A stretch of DNA of 64,000 bases from contig CAJWLU010000003.1 of assembly GCA_913043225.1 (NCBI GenBank), positions 160,001-224,000 of the forward strand, given 5' to 3'. The position numbers and the translations under genes are program-made. Below, in pieces: positions 47,864 through 57,871 of this stretch (position 1 is the first letter of the stretch; every line of letters starts with the position of its first letter). The DNA is from an uncultured Acidobacteriota bacterium (GTDB lineage: Bacteria > Acidobacteriota > Vicinamibacteria > Vicinamibacterales > UBA8438). The notes under the pieces are model-generated. The model searched no databases and was not told the origin of the DNA. It saw only the letters and a list, made by a program, of their open reading frames with translations.

Positions 47864-48880
47864 ATGCACGCGATCCTGATCGTTCGTCTCGGCGCCCTGG
47901 GCGACATCGTCCACACCTTGCCGATGACCGCCGCTCTCCGCGCCAGGTTCCCCGAGGCTCGCCTCGACTGGCTTGTGGATGAAAGATATCTCCCGCTGCT
48001 CGATCTGGTGCCCGTGATCGACCAGCGGGTCGCCTGGCGGTCTCGTTCCCGGTCCCTCCGCCAGCGAATTTCTGAGCTCAAGCGGATGTTGAGTGCCACC
48101 CCCTATGACGTGGCTCTCGATGCACAGGGCCTGATCAAGTCGGCGGTACTGGCCAGCGCGAGCGGCGCGTCTCGCGTGATCGGGTTCACGTCTGACGCAC
48201 TGCGGGAGCCGCTGGCGAGTTGGTTCTACACCGAGACCCACCGACCGGACCTCTCGGGCCACGTCATCCAGAAGAACCTGGCGCTGGCCACCGCGCTGGA
48301 AGCATCGGCTGGCGACCCGCAGTTTCCGCTCGAGATTCCAGATACGCCCGAGGTTGCGCGCCTCCGTGCGCAGATCGATGGAGCGCCCTATGCCGTACTG
48401 AACCCTGGCGCCGCCTGGTCGAACAAGCGCTGGTCGCCGCAGCGCTTTGGTGAACTCGCGCAGTTGTTGGCCACTCGCCACGACATCAGGTCGGTCGTGA
48501 CGTGGGGGCCAGACGATCGCGACCGGGCGTCCGCGGTGGTCGAAGCCGCCAGTGTGGCCGCCGTGCTGGCTCCCGCCACCGACATTGCGGCTCTGGCCGA
48601 TGTTCTTCGGGGCGCTCGTCTCGTCGTGTCCGGCGATACTGGTCCGATGCACCTGGCGGCAGCGCTCGGGACACCGGTGGTGGCGTTGCATGGTCCAACC
48701 GATCCCACGCGCAATGGTCCATGGGATTCCGCCGACGTGGCCGCATCCCGCTACGAGGCCTGCCACTGCCCGCAACGGCGGCGGTGCCGTCAGGCTGTGT
48801 CCTGTCTAGATGAACTCGCGACCGAGGCCGTCGCCGAAGCCGTTGCGACGCGATTAGGGGCAGGGGAGGCCGGACGGTGA
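47864..48880 (+). CDS. waaC: LPS heptosyltransferase I (GT9)
   Basis: VRLGALGDIVH, DAQGLIKS, KRW, GDTGPMHLAAA, GPTDPTRNGP. Confidence 0.85.
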   Translation: MHAILIVRLGALGDIVHTLPMTAALRARFPEARLDWLVDERYLPLLDLVPVIDQRVAWRSRSRSLRQRISELKRMLSATPYDVALDAQGLIKSAVLASASGASRVIGFTSDALREPLASWFYTETHRPDLSGHVIQKNLALATALEASAGDPQFPLEIPDTPEVARLRAQIDGAPYAVLNPGAAWSNKRWSPQRFGELAQLLATRHDIRSVVTWGPDDRDRASAVVEAASVAAVLAPATDIAALADVLRGARLVVSGDTGPMHLAAALGTPVVALHGPTDPTRNGPWDSADVAASRYEACHCPQRRRCRQAVSCLDELATEAVAEAVATRLGAGEAGR

Positions 48881-49446
48881 GGTTGCCCACCGCGCCCGAG
48901 GCCAGACCCGCGTCCGAAGTCACGCCGGTCGCCGTGTCGCCATGGCTGATCCGGGTGGCTCGGTTACGGGTAACCGGTGGGTTTCTAGTGGCGGTGCTCG
49001 CCTACTGGCTGGCTCAGCCCATCTGGCAGTCTCTACTTACCGGCGCGGTCGTCGCCCTTGTGGGGGAGGGAGTCCGCTTCTGGGCCGCCGGACATCTGGA
49101 GAAGGCGACGGAGGTGACGGTGTCGGGGCCGTACCGTTGGACACGCCACCCGCTCTATGTCGGGTCGTCGATTATGGGCCTCGGGGTGGCCGTGACCTCA
49201 CGGGCGCCACTGGTGGCCGTGCTTGTCACGGCCTATCTGGTCGTCTCGCTCGGCGTGGCGGCGCGCCTCGAGGAAGCGACGCTTAGGGCGAAGTTCCCTG
49301 GCGACTATAAACGCTACGCTGAGGGCACCGTCCGCGACGATCGAAGTTTCTCTCTCGCCCGTGCTCGGCGGAACGGTGAGGTCCAGACCTTGCTCGGGTT
49401 GCTCGCAGCGCTGGCGTTGCTGGCGCTCAAGATCCCTTGCATTTGA
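48877..49446 (+). CDS. Isoprenylcysteine carboxyl methyltransferase/PEMT family membrane protein
   Basis: SGPYRWTRHPLYVG, EEATLRAKF..Y..Y. Confidence 0.85.
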   Translation: MRLPTAPEARPASEVTPVAVSPWLIRVARLRVTGGFLVAVLAYWLAQPIWQSLLTGAVVALVGEGVRFWAAGHLEKATEVTVSGPYRWTRHPLYVGSSIMGLGVAVTSRAPLVAVLVTAYLVVSLGVAARLEEATLRAKFPGDYKRYAEGTVRDDRSFSLARARRNGEVQTLLGLLAALALLALKIPCI

Positions 49447-49512
49447 CCGCGGCCCCGAGGGCGACGGTATAATTGCCTGTTTGGTGTGGTCGCGGGACAC
49501 GGGTCCTAAGCC

Positions 49513-49588
49513 GGGCGGTTAGCTCAGCTGGTAGAGCACCGGCTTTACACGCCGGGTGTCACAGGTTCGAGTCCTGTACCGCCCACCA
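49513..49588 (+). tRNA. tRNA-Val(TAC)
   Basis: 76-nt cloverleaf; ccggc-ttTACac-gccgg; ggttcgagtcc; CCA end. Confidence 0.97.
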
Positions 49589-49648
49589 TCATGCACCAAG
49601 GCGGTGGGGCATCGAAGCGACCGCCGAACACTTCGTCAACTACGATGC

Positions 49649-49725
49649 GGGGTCGTAGTTCAGTTGGTCAGAACGCCGGCCTGTCACGCCGGAGGTCGCG
49701 AGTTCGAGTCTCGTCGGCCCCGCCA
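49649..49725 (+). tRNA. tRNA-Asp(GTC)
   Basis: 77-nt cloverleaf; ccggc-ctGTCac-gccgg; gttcgagtc; CCA end. Confidence 0.97.
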
Positions 49726-49738
49726 TTACTCTTACGGA

Positions 49739-49780
49739 GCCCGTCGCTCGGGGATGCCCCGGGAGGCGGGTTTTTCGTTT
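49739..49780 (+). terminator. Intrinsic terminator after the tRNA pair
   Basis: gcccgtcgctcgggg-atg-ccccgggaggcgggt stem followed by a T run. Confidence 0.7.
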
Positions 49781-49813
49781 CCTGCACCTCCTTATCTTTG
49801 ATGGTTCGACGCC

Positions 49814-50110
49814 GTGAGTGACCAGGATCCTAAAGACGGCCCGCGCCTTGATGCCGACCTGCGCGGTGGAACCTATCGCGGCTGGGCTCGAGTCGGCGTG
49901 TGCCTGATGGGATTGTCTCTGGCTCTCTGGGTGGCGCTGCCGGTGGTTCCCTTCCTGCCCTTGTCTACAGCACAGAAGGGTGGGGTGGCTACGGGTCTCA
50001 TCGTCGTGGCCGAAATTGCCTTTTGGGGAGGGGCAGTGATGGCCGGGCCGACGGCGGCGCGGCGGATGCGGTCTTGGTGGCGGTCGTCGTCCAAGGTCGA
50101 TTCGAACTGA
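49814..50110 (+). CDS. Small two-TM protein (transporter-suffix-domain-like)
   Basis: VVPFLPLS..QK...ATGLIVVAEIAFWGG. Confidence 0.7.
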   Translation: MSDQDPKDGPRLDADLRGGTYRGWARVGVCLMGLSLALWVALPVVPFLPLSTAQKGGVATGLIVVAEIAFWGGAVMAGPTAARRMRSWWRSSSKVDSN

Positions 50111-50194
50111 ACCACTGCTCGCTGGAGGCGCTCCGGGCTCGTGGGCCGCCGATGCCCCCAGACCCAATCTGCCGAGCATAGTAGGATGGCTCCG

Positions 50195-51220
50195 ATGGGG
50201 TTCACGTCCATCCGAGGCCACCAGGCTGTGCGCCGCTTGCTGCAGCGGGCCGTGACCCATGATCGTCTCCCGCCCTGCTTGCTCTTCACCGGTCCGGGCG
50301 GGGTCGGGAAACGGCTGACGGCCGTGACCCTGGCAGCTCGCATCAACTGCGAGTCGAGATTCGATCGGGAGAATGAGTCGGCGGAGGCCTGCGGGGCCTG
50401 TGGTGCCTGCGAGCGAATCGGGCGTGGCGTGCACCCCGACGTGATTCTGATCGCTCCAGAAGAGGCCGGGGCCATCAAGGTCGACACCATCCGTGCTGCG
50501 GTTGCCCAGGCGGGCTATCGACCTTTCGAGGGTCGGCGTCGCGTGGTCATCATCGACGAGGCGGACCGTATGGTGGACCAGGCGCAGAATGCGTTGCTGA
50601 AGACCCTCGAGGAGCCACCGTCTGGGTCGATGTTCTTGCTGGTCACGGCACGTCCGCACCAGCTACTCGCGACGATCCGGTCTCGGTGTCCCGCGCTCAG
50701 GTTCGGTGGCGTGCCGGTCGATGACATCGTCGACCTGCTGGTCACCGAGCATGGGATTACCCGCGCGGCGGCGCGGGCGGCCGCCGTGGCGTCTGATGGC
50801 AGCGTTAGTGTGGCGCTCGAGGCCGAGTCGGATGAGTATCTCGAGGCGCGCGACAGCGCGGCTGCTGCGCTCCAGGCGCTGGCCTGTGCCCGGGACCCGA
50901 AACAGCGGCTCGAAACGGCCAAGACGCTGGTCCCAGAGCGGCGGGGTAAGAAATCGAGTCCGGCTGCGGATCGTGAGACACTGAGACGTCGGCTGCGGGC
51001 CATGGCCGCGTTGCTCCGGGACCTGCAACTCGTCGCCGCCGAAGGCGCATCGTCAGGTCTCGCTCACGCCGACCTCGAGTCGGACATGCGTGCGCTGGCT
51101 CGCGGGTTCGACGCAGCCAGGTCCCGGCAAGGGTTCGCGACGGTCGATCGAGCCTTGAACGCGCTGTCTCGAAACGCCAGTCCGAAAGTGGTCGTGGACT
51201 GGTTGGCCCTGCGTTTGTGA
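50195..51220 (+). CDS. holB: DNA polymerase III subunit delta'
   Basis: LFTGPGGVGK, CGACGAC zinc module, HPDV, AQNALLKTLEEP, TIRSRC. Confidence 0.93.
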   Translation: MGFTSIRGHQAVRRLLQRAVTHDRLPPCLLFTGPGGVGKRLTAVTLAARINCESRFDRENESAEACGACGACERIGRGVHPDVILIAPEEAGAIKVDTIRAAVAQAGYRPFEGRRRVVIIDEADRMVDQAQNALLKTLEEPPSGSMFLLVTARPHQLLATIRSRCPALRFGGVPVDDIVDLLVTEHGITRAAARAAAVASDGSVSVALEAESDEYLEARDSAAAALQALACARDPKQRLETAKTLVPERRGKKSSPAADRETLRRRLRAMAALLRDLQLVAAEGASSGLAHADLESDMRALARGFDAARSRQGFATVDRALNALSRNASPKVVVDWLALRL

Positions 51221-51227
51221 GAGTACC

Positions 51228-52019
51228 GTGGAGACCTCTGCCTCGCCATCCACCACGCCACGCTATGTCAGCGTCAAATTTGACGCGGTGGGACGGACCC
51301 ATTCGTTTCTCTTGCCGGAAGTGGACTTCGAGCCACGGTTGATTCCGGGTGAGGCCGTCGTCGTCCAGAGGGGTGAGCGCCTGGCCTACGCCGCCGTGGC
51401 CAAGACGATACCGGCGCTGGCCGAGCGGAAGGCGCCTAGGGGCGACCACTCCCCGACGGTGCTGCGCCGGGCCACGCGCGACGACGTGCTCAAGCGCTTT
51501 CGCCACGAACAGCGAGAACGTGAGGCGCACCGGCTGTGTAGTCTCAAGATTCGCGAGCATGGTCTGCAGATGAAGCTGGTCAAGGTCGAGCAGCGCTTCG
51601 ATGGGTCGAAGCTGCTGTTCTTCTTCACGGCCGAGGGCCGGGTTGACTTCCGCAACCTGGTTCGGGAGCTCGCCGGCGAGTTCCGGGTGCGTATCGAGAT
51701 GCGTCAGATCGGCTCCCGAGATGAGGCGAAGGTCATCGGGGGATACGGGACCTGCGGCCGACCGTTGTGCTGTACCACGTGGCTGCCATCTTTCGAGCCC
51801 ATCTCAATCAAGATGGCCAAGCGCCAGAATCTCAGCCTGAATCCGTCCCGCCTCTCGGGCGCCTGCGGCCGGCTCAAGTGCTGTCTGCGTTTCGAGCTTC
51901 CGAACGCCAAAGGCGAGCAGCACGCCGGGTGTGCTCATGAACGGAGTTGTTCCAACGCAGCCGGTGGCTGCGGAGGATGCGACGGAGGCTGTGGCCCTGG
52001 CGGGTGTGGCAGCGGCTAG
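51228..52019 (+). CDS. ricT: PSP1/RicT (YaaT) family Fe-S protein
   Basis: FTAEGRVDFRNLV, RIEMRQIG.RDEAK, CGRPLCC, LSGACGRLKCCL. Confidence 0.9.
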   Translation: METSASPSTTPRYVSVKFDAVGRTHSFLLPEVDFEPRLIPGEAVVVQRGERLAYAAVAKTIPALAERKAPRGDHSPTVLRRATRDDVLKRFRHEQREREAHRLCSLKIREHGLQMKLVKVEQRFDGSKLLFFFTAEGRVDFRNLVRELAGEFRVRIEMRQIGSRDEAKVIGGYGTCGRPLCCTTWLPSFEPISIKMAKRQNLSLNPSRLSGACGRLKCCLRFELPNAKGEQHAGCAHERSCSNAAGGCGGCDGGCGPGGCGSG

Positions 52020-52051
52020 CGGCCGCCCGTCCGCGAGTTCCCTCGATTTCG

Positions 52052-52978
52052 ATGACCCGTTCGTTGCGTCCGCGCGTCGGCGTGACCGTCGGTGACCCCG
52101 CCGGCATCGGTCCTGAGATCGCGCTCAAGGCGGTCGAAGATGCCCAGGTGCGCGCGGTGTGCGAACCGGTGCTTTACGGACCATCGACGGCGGACGAACT
52201 GGCCGCCTACGCGCCAGGGCAGATCACGGCCGCGGCGGGCCGGGTCTCTTATGACGCTGTCGGGCGGGCGGTGGCCGACGCGATGGCAGGTCGTCTGGAT
52301 GGGCTGACCACCGGTCCGATCCACAAGGAAGCCTGGGCGCTCGCAGGGTTCAAGTGGCGCGGCCACACCGAACTGTTGGCCCACTTGACCGGTACCGAGC
52401 ACGTGGCCATGCTGTTCGAGGCGCCGCGCCTTCGCGTTGTGCTGCTGACGGTGCACGTGCCGCTGGCCGAGGTTTCTGGTCTACTGACCCGTGAGCGGGT
52501 CGATCGAGTACTGGCACTGATCGCCGACGAGTTGCCGGCCTTCGGCGTCTCGCACCCCCGCCTGGCTGTCGCCGGTTTGAACCCGCATGCTGGTGAAGGG
52601 GGCCTCTTAGGGGACGAGGATAGGTCTGTGCTCACGCCAGCAATTTTGGCCGCCCGCGAACGTGGTGTGGATGTCACCGGGCCGCTCCCGGCTGATACGG
52701 TGTTTCGTCAGGCAGTCGAGGGACGCTACGACGTCGTGGTGGCCTGCTATCACGACCAGGGGTTGATTCCGGTCAAGCTGGCCGCGTTCGGCGAGGCCGT
52801 CAACGTGACGCTCGGTCTCCCGATCGTCAGGACGTCGGTCGACCATGGGACTGCGTTCGACATCGCGCGTCAGGGTGTCGCCGATGCCGGAAGCCTGGTT
52901 CGGGCAGTCGTGCTCGCGGCTCGGCTCGCCCGATCGCGTCGCACCGGCCTCGACCGCCCGGCGATGGGTACGTTATGA
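52052..52978 (+). CDS. pdxA: 4-hydroxythreonine-4-phosphate dehydrogenase
   Basis: GDPAGIGPE, GHTE, GLNPHAGE, YHDQGLIP, RTSVDHGTAFDIA. Confidence 0.95.
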   Translation: MTRSLRPRVGVTVGDPAGIGPEIALKAVEDAQVRAVCEPVLYGPSTADELAAYAPGQITAAAGRVSYDAVGRAVADAMAGRLDGLTTGPIHKEAWALAGFKWRGHTELLAHLTGTEHVAMLFEAPRLRVVLLTVHVPLAEVSGLLTRERVDRVLALIADELPAFGVSHPRLAVAGLNPHAGEGGLLGDEDRSVLTPAILAARERGVDVTGPLPADTVFRQAVEGRYDVVVACYHDQGLIPVKLAAFGEAVNVTLGLPIVRTSVDHGTAFDIARQGVADAGSLVRAVVLAARLARSRRTGLDRPAMGTL

Positions 52979-53460
52979 CGAGCCACGTTCCGGTCACCGA
53001 GACGCTCATTACCGACAACCGGAAGGCGCGCCACGACTACCACCTACTGGAGAGTTTCGAGGCAGGGATTGTGCTGCTTGGCACCGAGGTGAAGGCGATC
53101 CGCGAAGGGCGGGTCAACCTTCGAGACAGTTACGGGCGCCTCGAGGATGGCGAGGTCTATCTCCACAATATTCACATCAGTCCCTACAGTCATCGCGGCT
53201 ATGCCACACACGAGCCGCTGCGTCGGCGGAAGCTCCTGCTGCACAAGCGCGAGATCCGCAAGCTGATTGGAAAGGTCGTGGAGCGGGGGATGACGCTGGT
53301 GCCTACCCGCATGTATTTCGCACGAGGGCTGGTGAAGGTGACCGTAAGTCTGGCCAAGGGGAAGCGTACGTACGACAAGCGGGAGACGGTCCGGCGGCGC
53401 GAGGCCGACCGCGAGGCGCGCGCAGCAATCAAAGAACGCGCAGCAATCGAAGAACGATGA
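52975..53460 (+). CDS. smpB: SsrA-binding protein
   Basis: NRKARHDY, EAGIVLLGTEVK, RKLLLHKREI, GKRTYDKR. Confidence 0.97.
   Translation: MTSHVPVTETLITDNRKARHDYHLLESFEAGIVLLGTEVKAIREGRVNLRDSYGRLEDGEVYLHNIHISPYSHRGYATHEPLRRRKLLLHKREIRKLIGKVVERGMTLVPTRMYFARGLVKVTVSLAKGKRTYDKRETVRRREADREARAAIKERAAIEER
53419..53454 (+). repeat. 18-bp in-frame tandem duplication at the smpB 3' end
   Basis: cgcgcagcaatcaaagaa / cgcgcagcaatcgaagaa (1 mismatch), encoding RAAIKE-RAAIEE. Confidence 0.85.
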
Positions 53461-54329
53461 GAACGCTTGTCACCGGGGCGGCCGGACAGTTGGGACGTGA
53501 GGTCACGAGGCGTTTCGCCCAGTACGGACCGGTGGTTGCTCTTCGCCGAGACGGTCTGGACATCACCGATCACGAGGCCGTGCTGACTGCCGTTGGCGAG
53601 GCGGCGCCGGATGTTATTCTGAACTGCGCCGCCTACAACAAAGTCGACGGGGCAGAGGACGATCCTGTGACGGCGATGCGGGTGAACGCCTTCGCGGTGC
53701 GGTCCCTGGCGACTGCAGCCCGTGAGCGCGATGCGGTCTTCGTTCACTATGGCACCGACTTCGTCTTCGACGGCGACGCGAGCGAGCCCTATACCGAGTC
53801 GGTGGCGCCCGGTCCGCAGAGCGTGTACGCCACGTCAAAGTTGCTGGGAGAGTGGTTCGCGGCAGGTGCGCCCCGGCACTATATCCTCCGTGTCGAGAGT
53901 CTCTTCGGTGGAGGGGCCGAGCGCACCGACCCCGGTGATCGGCCGCTGGGTAGCACGCTCGACCGCATGGTAGACGCGCTCGAAGCGGACCGTCCCATCA
54001 GCGGGTTTACCGATCGGATCGTCTCCCCGAGCTATGTGCCTGACGTCGCTGCCGCCACCGCGGTGCTCGTGACTACGTCGTCGGCGCCTGGACTGTATCA
54101 CTGTGTCAACACCGGGTACGCCAGCTGGTATGACCTCGCGCTGGCCGCAGCCCGGCGCCTGGGGAGAGAGGCCCTGCTGTCACCCATTACCATGGCTGAG
54201 GTCAACACGCCGGCTGCACGTCCACGCTACTGCGCACTCTCGAACGACAAGATCCTCGGCGCCGGGGCGGTCATGCCCCGGTGGGAAGACGCGCTCGAGC
54301 GCTACCTTGAAGCGAGGCAGGCCTCCTGA
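53457..54329 (+). CDS. rfbD: dTDP-4-dehydrorhamnose reductase
   Basis: LVTGAAGQLG, NCAAYNKVD, TDFVFDG, YATSK, AARPRY. Confidence 0.92.
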   Translation: MRTLVTGAAGQLGREVTRRFAQYGPVVALRRDGLDITDHEAVLTAVGEAAPDVILNCAAYNKVDGAEDDPVTAMRVNAFAVRSLATAARERDAVFVHYGTDFVFDGDASEPYTESVAPGPQSVYATSKLLGEWFAAGAPRHYILRVESLFGGGAERTDPGDRPLGSTLDRMVDALEADRPISGFTDRIVSPSYVPDVAAATAVLVTTSSAPGLYHCVNTGYASWYDLALAAARRLGREALLSPITMAEVNTPAARPRYCALSNDKILGAGAVMPRWEDALERYLEARQAS

Positions 54330-54333
54330 TGCC

Positions 54334-54975
54334 ATGACGCCAACGATGGCGCCCGCGGCGGCGCTTGCCAGACTGCAAGCGGGGAACCGACGGTTCACGG
54401 CGGATCCCGAGCGCCGGGGGGCGCCAGGCGGGTCGTGGCTCCAGCGCGCGGGGACTCAAGCGCCGTTCGCCGCGGTGCTCGGCTGTGCCGACTCTCGGGT
54501 GCCGGTGGAACGGGTGTTCGACCAGGGTTTCGGCGAGTTGTTCGTCGTTCGGGTGGCTGGCAATATCGCTGGTCCCACTCAGGTCGGTTCGGTCGAGTAT
54601 GGGGTGCGGCATCTTGGCATCCGCTTGGTGGTGGTGCTCGGTCACTCCGGGTGTGGCGCGGTCGACGCCACCGTGGCGACGCTTGACTACGTACCTGCGC
54701 CGTTGTCGTCTGATTTTGTGTCCATCGTGGACGAGATCCGTCCCGCCGCCGTGGCCGCCCAGGAGGCCGTTCCCAAGGCCACCCGCGAGGAGTTGGTTCG
54801 TATCGTCGTTCGACGGAACGCGGAGGCGGCGGCCGCGCGGCTCCGAGTGGCGGCAGGACTCGAACCGTTGGTGTCGGCAGGGCAGGTTCTAGTGACCCCG
54901 GCCGAATACTCGCTTGAGACCGGGGTCGTGGAGTTTTCTCCGCCTCCGCTCTTGGATAGCCGGCATCCTCACTAG
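54334..54975 (+). CDS. Beta-class carbonic anhydrase
   Basis: LGCADSRVP, RVAGNI, LGHSGCGAV. Confidence 0.93.
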   Translation: MTPTMAPAAALARLQAGNRRFTADPERRGAPGGSWLQRAGTQAPFAAVLGCADSRVPVERVFDQGFGELFVVRVAGNIAGPTQVGSVEYGVRHLGIRLVVVLGHSGCGAVDATVATLDYVPAPLSSDFVSIVDEIRPAAVAAQEAVPKATREELVRIVVRRNAEAAAARLRVAAGLEPLVSAGQVLVTPAEYSLETGVVEFSPPPLLDSRHPH

Positions 54976-55187
54976 TCCAGCGCACTGAGTGGACTTAGGC
55001 TGATCGATTAGGGCACAAGGATCTACTGTTTCAGGAGTAAGGTTTCGGCAGGAAGGGCTCTTTCACTATGGAGCCACCCAACACTGTCACGACGAATGGG
55101 CTAACTCGCTGCTTTTCGCAGGTTCTTGGGCTTCGCTGATGGTCCAGTCTCGTGGAGAAGCTGCGTTTCGCAGGAGATAGTATCGTT

Positions 55188-56366
55188 CTATTCCTTACCA
55201 TCCGTTGGGAAGAAGACGTGGTGGCGCTCCTCCTGCGGTGAGTGCCTGTCGGGCCCGGCCGCGACATCGTCCAGCACCTCGTCCGCCAGCATTCCTACTC
55301 GTCGAGCGATCGCGAGGCAGGCCGTTAGGCCAGGCGAGTCGATGCCGGCGGCCTGGATGAGTCGAGGCTGGTGCGGGTCCAGCCCGATCAAGAAGTCCGA
55401 GAACGCTCCAGGATCTTCGCTGAGCTTCGCCCGGATCCCGGTGCTACCAATTCGCAGATCGCCTGGCCTGACCTCGGGCAGTAACTGGCGCGTCGATTCC
55501 ACGAACGCCTCCACCGGAAGCCGGTCTCGCTCGTGATCCTGCTTGTCGTCCTGGTAGTGGATGGTGGGTCCTATTGTGACCCCGCCCCAGGTGGTCGGCG
55601 TGACATGGATTCCCAGATGTTCGCCCGTGGGCGCCGGCATCGGGTAGACCGGGCGGGACACCAGCTGTTGGCTGGGGCCGATCAGCTCGGCGTATTCGCC
55701 GCGGCAGGGGTAGATGCGGAAGCGCTGGCCCCCCAGCATCTCCGAGACGACGTCGGCGTCAAGTCCCGCCGCGTTCACGACCGCCCGGGCGGCGATCCGT
55801 TCAGCCGTGGTCCGTACCTCGATCCGCTCGCTTCCCGGTTTGGCCTCGAGCAGTTCGCTGGCCGGCAGCAGCGCTGCATCGACGCGCTCGGCCGCGTCCC
55901 GCAGTGCACGTACTAGCGCTTCTGCCTCGACAATACCGGTTGACGGTGACCACAGCGCGGCCGAGCCGCGCACGTGGGGCTCGAGCCGCTTGAGGCCGGC
56001 CTCGTCCAGGAGCGCGAGATCCTCGACACCGTTGGCCCGGGCCCGAGCCTGGAGGGTTTCCAGGCTGGCGATGTCATCATCCGGGCCGGCGACAATGAGC
56101 TTGCCGCAGCGGCGATGTGGTACTTCGTATCGTGCGCAGAAACGATAGAGCGCCTCCTTGCCCTCGACAGAGAGAGCCGCCTTTAGCGAGCCCGGCGGGT
56201 AGTAGATGCCGGCGTGGATGACCCCGCTGTTGTGGGTGCTTGTCTCGATGCCGAAACGCGGGTGTCGTTCCAGGAGGCAGACCGTGCGGCCCGGGCGTGC
56301 GGCGGCCGACGCGCAGGCGAGCCCCACCACGCCCCCTCCGACAATGAGCAGATCAATCTCTTCCAT
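55188..56366 (-). CDS. FAD-dependent oxidoreductase (LhgO/DAO family)
   Basis: GGGVVG, TSTHNSGVIHAGIYY, NAAGLDAD, GIDSPGLT. Confidence 0.88.
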   Translation of the reverse strand: MEEIDLLIVGGGVVGLACASAAARPGRTVCLLERHPRFGIETSTHNSGVIHAGIYYPPGSLKAALSVEGKEALYRFCARYEVPHRRCGKLIVAGPDDDIASLETLQARARANGVEDLALLDEAGLKRLEPHVRGSAALWSPSTGIVEAEALVRALRDAAERVDAALLPASELLEAKPGSERIEVRTTAERIAARAVVNAAGLDADVVSEMLGGQRFRIYPCRGEYAELIGPSQQLVSRPVYPMPAPTGEHLGIHVTPTTWGGVTIGPTIHYQDDKQDHERDRLPVEAFVESTRQLLPEVRPGDLRIGSTGIRAKLSEDPGAFSDFLIGLDPHQPRLIQAAGIDSPGLTACLAIARRVGMLADEVLDDVAAGPDRHSPQEERHHVFFPTDGKE

Positions 56367-56487
56367 GGTGTGCGGGACGCGGGATCCCAGGTTTCACTAG
56401 GGGTGGCGGGGTGCGCCACGGTGAGGACACTACCATGGGCGCGTGCTATATTCCTCGGCTTGGGCTGCCGCCCGTTGCTGTCGCTTT

Positions 56488-57801
56488 ATGTCATCGGCTT
56501 CGAGTCAGGATCTCATCGCGCGTCTTCGCGACCGGTCCGCACGGTTGGGGGTAATCGGCCTCGGCTATGTCGGTCTGCCGTTGGCGGTGGAGTTTGCCAA
56601 GGCTGGGTTCCAGACCGTTGGATTCGACGTCAAGGACGACAAGGTCCGCGGGATCCGGGACGGCGACACCTTCGGGTCGGACGTGGAGCCGGATGAGCTT
56701 CGGCGGGTGACGAGTTCCGGGCATCTCACAACGACGACCGATTTTGGACGTCTGCAGGAGCTCGATAGCATCAATATCTGCGTGCCGACACCGCTCCGGA
56801 AGACCAAGGATCCCGACCTGTCGCATGTCATCTCCGCCGTGGAGAAGATTGCGAGCCGTCTGCAGGCGGGCCGGCTCGTCGTGCTGGAGTCGACCACGTA
56901 TCCAGGTACGGTCGAAGAGGTGGTCCGCCCGTTGCTAGAACACAGCGGGCTGCGCGCCGGGGACGACTTCTTTCTGGCATTTTCCCCAGAGCGGGTCGAT
57001 CCAGGGAACCGGCAGTGGACCACGGCCAATATCCCGAAGGTGGTCGGGGGCGTGAACCAGGACTCTACTGCGGTGGCCAAGGTGCTCTACGAGCAGGTGG
57101 TCGACACGGTTGTACCGGTTTCCTCGCCCGGGGTTGCCGAGATGGTGAAGCTTCTCGAAAACACCTTTCGCGCGGTCAATATCGCGCTCGTCAACGAGAT
57201 CGCGCTCATGAGCCACGAGCTAGGGGTAGACGTCTGGGAGGTGATCGACGCGGCGAGCACCAAACCGTTCGGGTTCATGCCGTTCTATCCGGGGCCGGGG
57301 CTCGGCGGACACTGTATTCCGATCGATCCCTACTACCTGAGCTGGAAGGCGCGGCAGACCGGGTTCGAGAGTCAGATTATCGAGCTGGCCGGACACATCA
57401 ACTCGAGCATGCCGCGCTTCGTCGTCGACCGGGTGGTCGAGGCGCTGAGCTTCGCCCACAAGCCGCTCCGCGACTCGCGCATCCATCTGTTCGGGGTGGC
57501 CTACAAGCCAGACGTGGATGACGTGCGCGAGTCACCGGCTATCGACATTGCGCAGCTGTTGCAGCGTGGGGGAGCCGTGGTGTCGTACAGCGATCCCCAC
57601 GTGTCCTCGGTGGTGCAAGGCAACGTGGTGCTGGAGGCGGTGGAGGTCGAGGCGGCGCTCGACGGCGGGTTCGACTGCGGTGTGATTACCACGAGCCACC
57701 GGGAATTCGACTACGGGCTGATTGTCGAGCGTGCTCCCCTGCTCGTGGATACCCGGAACGCGCTCAAGGGGCAGACTGGCAGTCACATCCACCGACTGTA
57801 G
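56488..57801 (+). CDS. Nucleotide-sugar 6-dehydrogenase (WbpA/WecC/TviB-like)
   Basis: GLGYVGLP, ICVPTP, ESTTYPG, FSPERVDPG, GGHCIPIDP. Confidence 0.92.
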   Translation: MSSASSQDLIARLRDRSARLGVIGLGYVGLPLAVEFAKAGFQTVGFDVKDDKVRGIRDGDTFGSDVEPDELRRVTSSGHLTTTTDFGRLQELDSINICVPTPLRKTKDPDLSHVISAVEKIASRLQAGRLVVLESTTYPGTVEEVVRPLLEHSGLRAGDDFFLAFSPERVDPGNRQWTTANIPKVVGGVNQDSTAVAKVLYEQVVDTVVPVSSPGVAEMVKLLENTFRAVNIALVNEIALMSHELGVDVWEVIDAASTKPFGFMPFYPGPGLGGHCIPIDPYYLSWKARQTGFESQIIELAGHINSSMPRFVVDRVVEALSFAHKPLRDSRIHLFGVAYKPDVDDVRESPAIDIAQLLQRGGAVVSYSDPHVSSVVQGNVVLEAVEVEAALDGGFDCGVITTSHREFDYGLIVERAPLLVDTRNALKGQTGSHIHRL

Positions 57802-57871
57802 CCCGCTGCTGACGGCCTGCGGGTAGAATGCCCCCGGCGTCCTTATCCGGGCGACTCGATAACGAAACACT

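Noticed and set aside
54976..55187. Lower-GC gap between convergent genes; considered tmRNA (smpB nearby) or an IS remnant
   Set aside because: No tRNA-like ends or tag frame, and no transposase or clear terminal repeats
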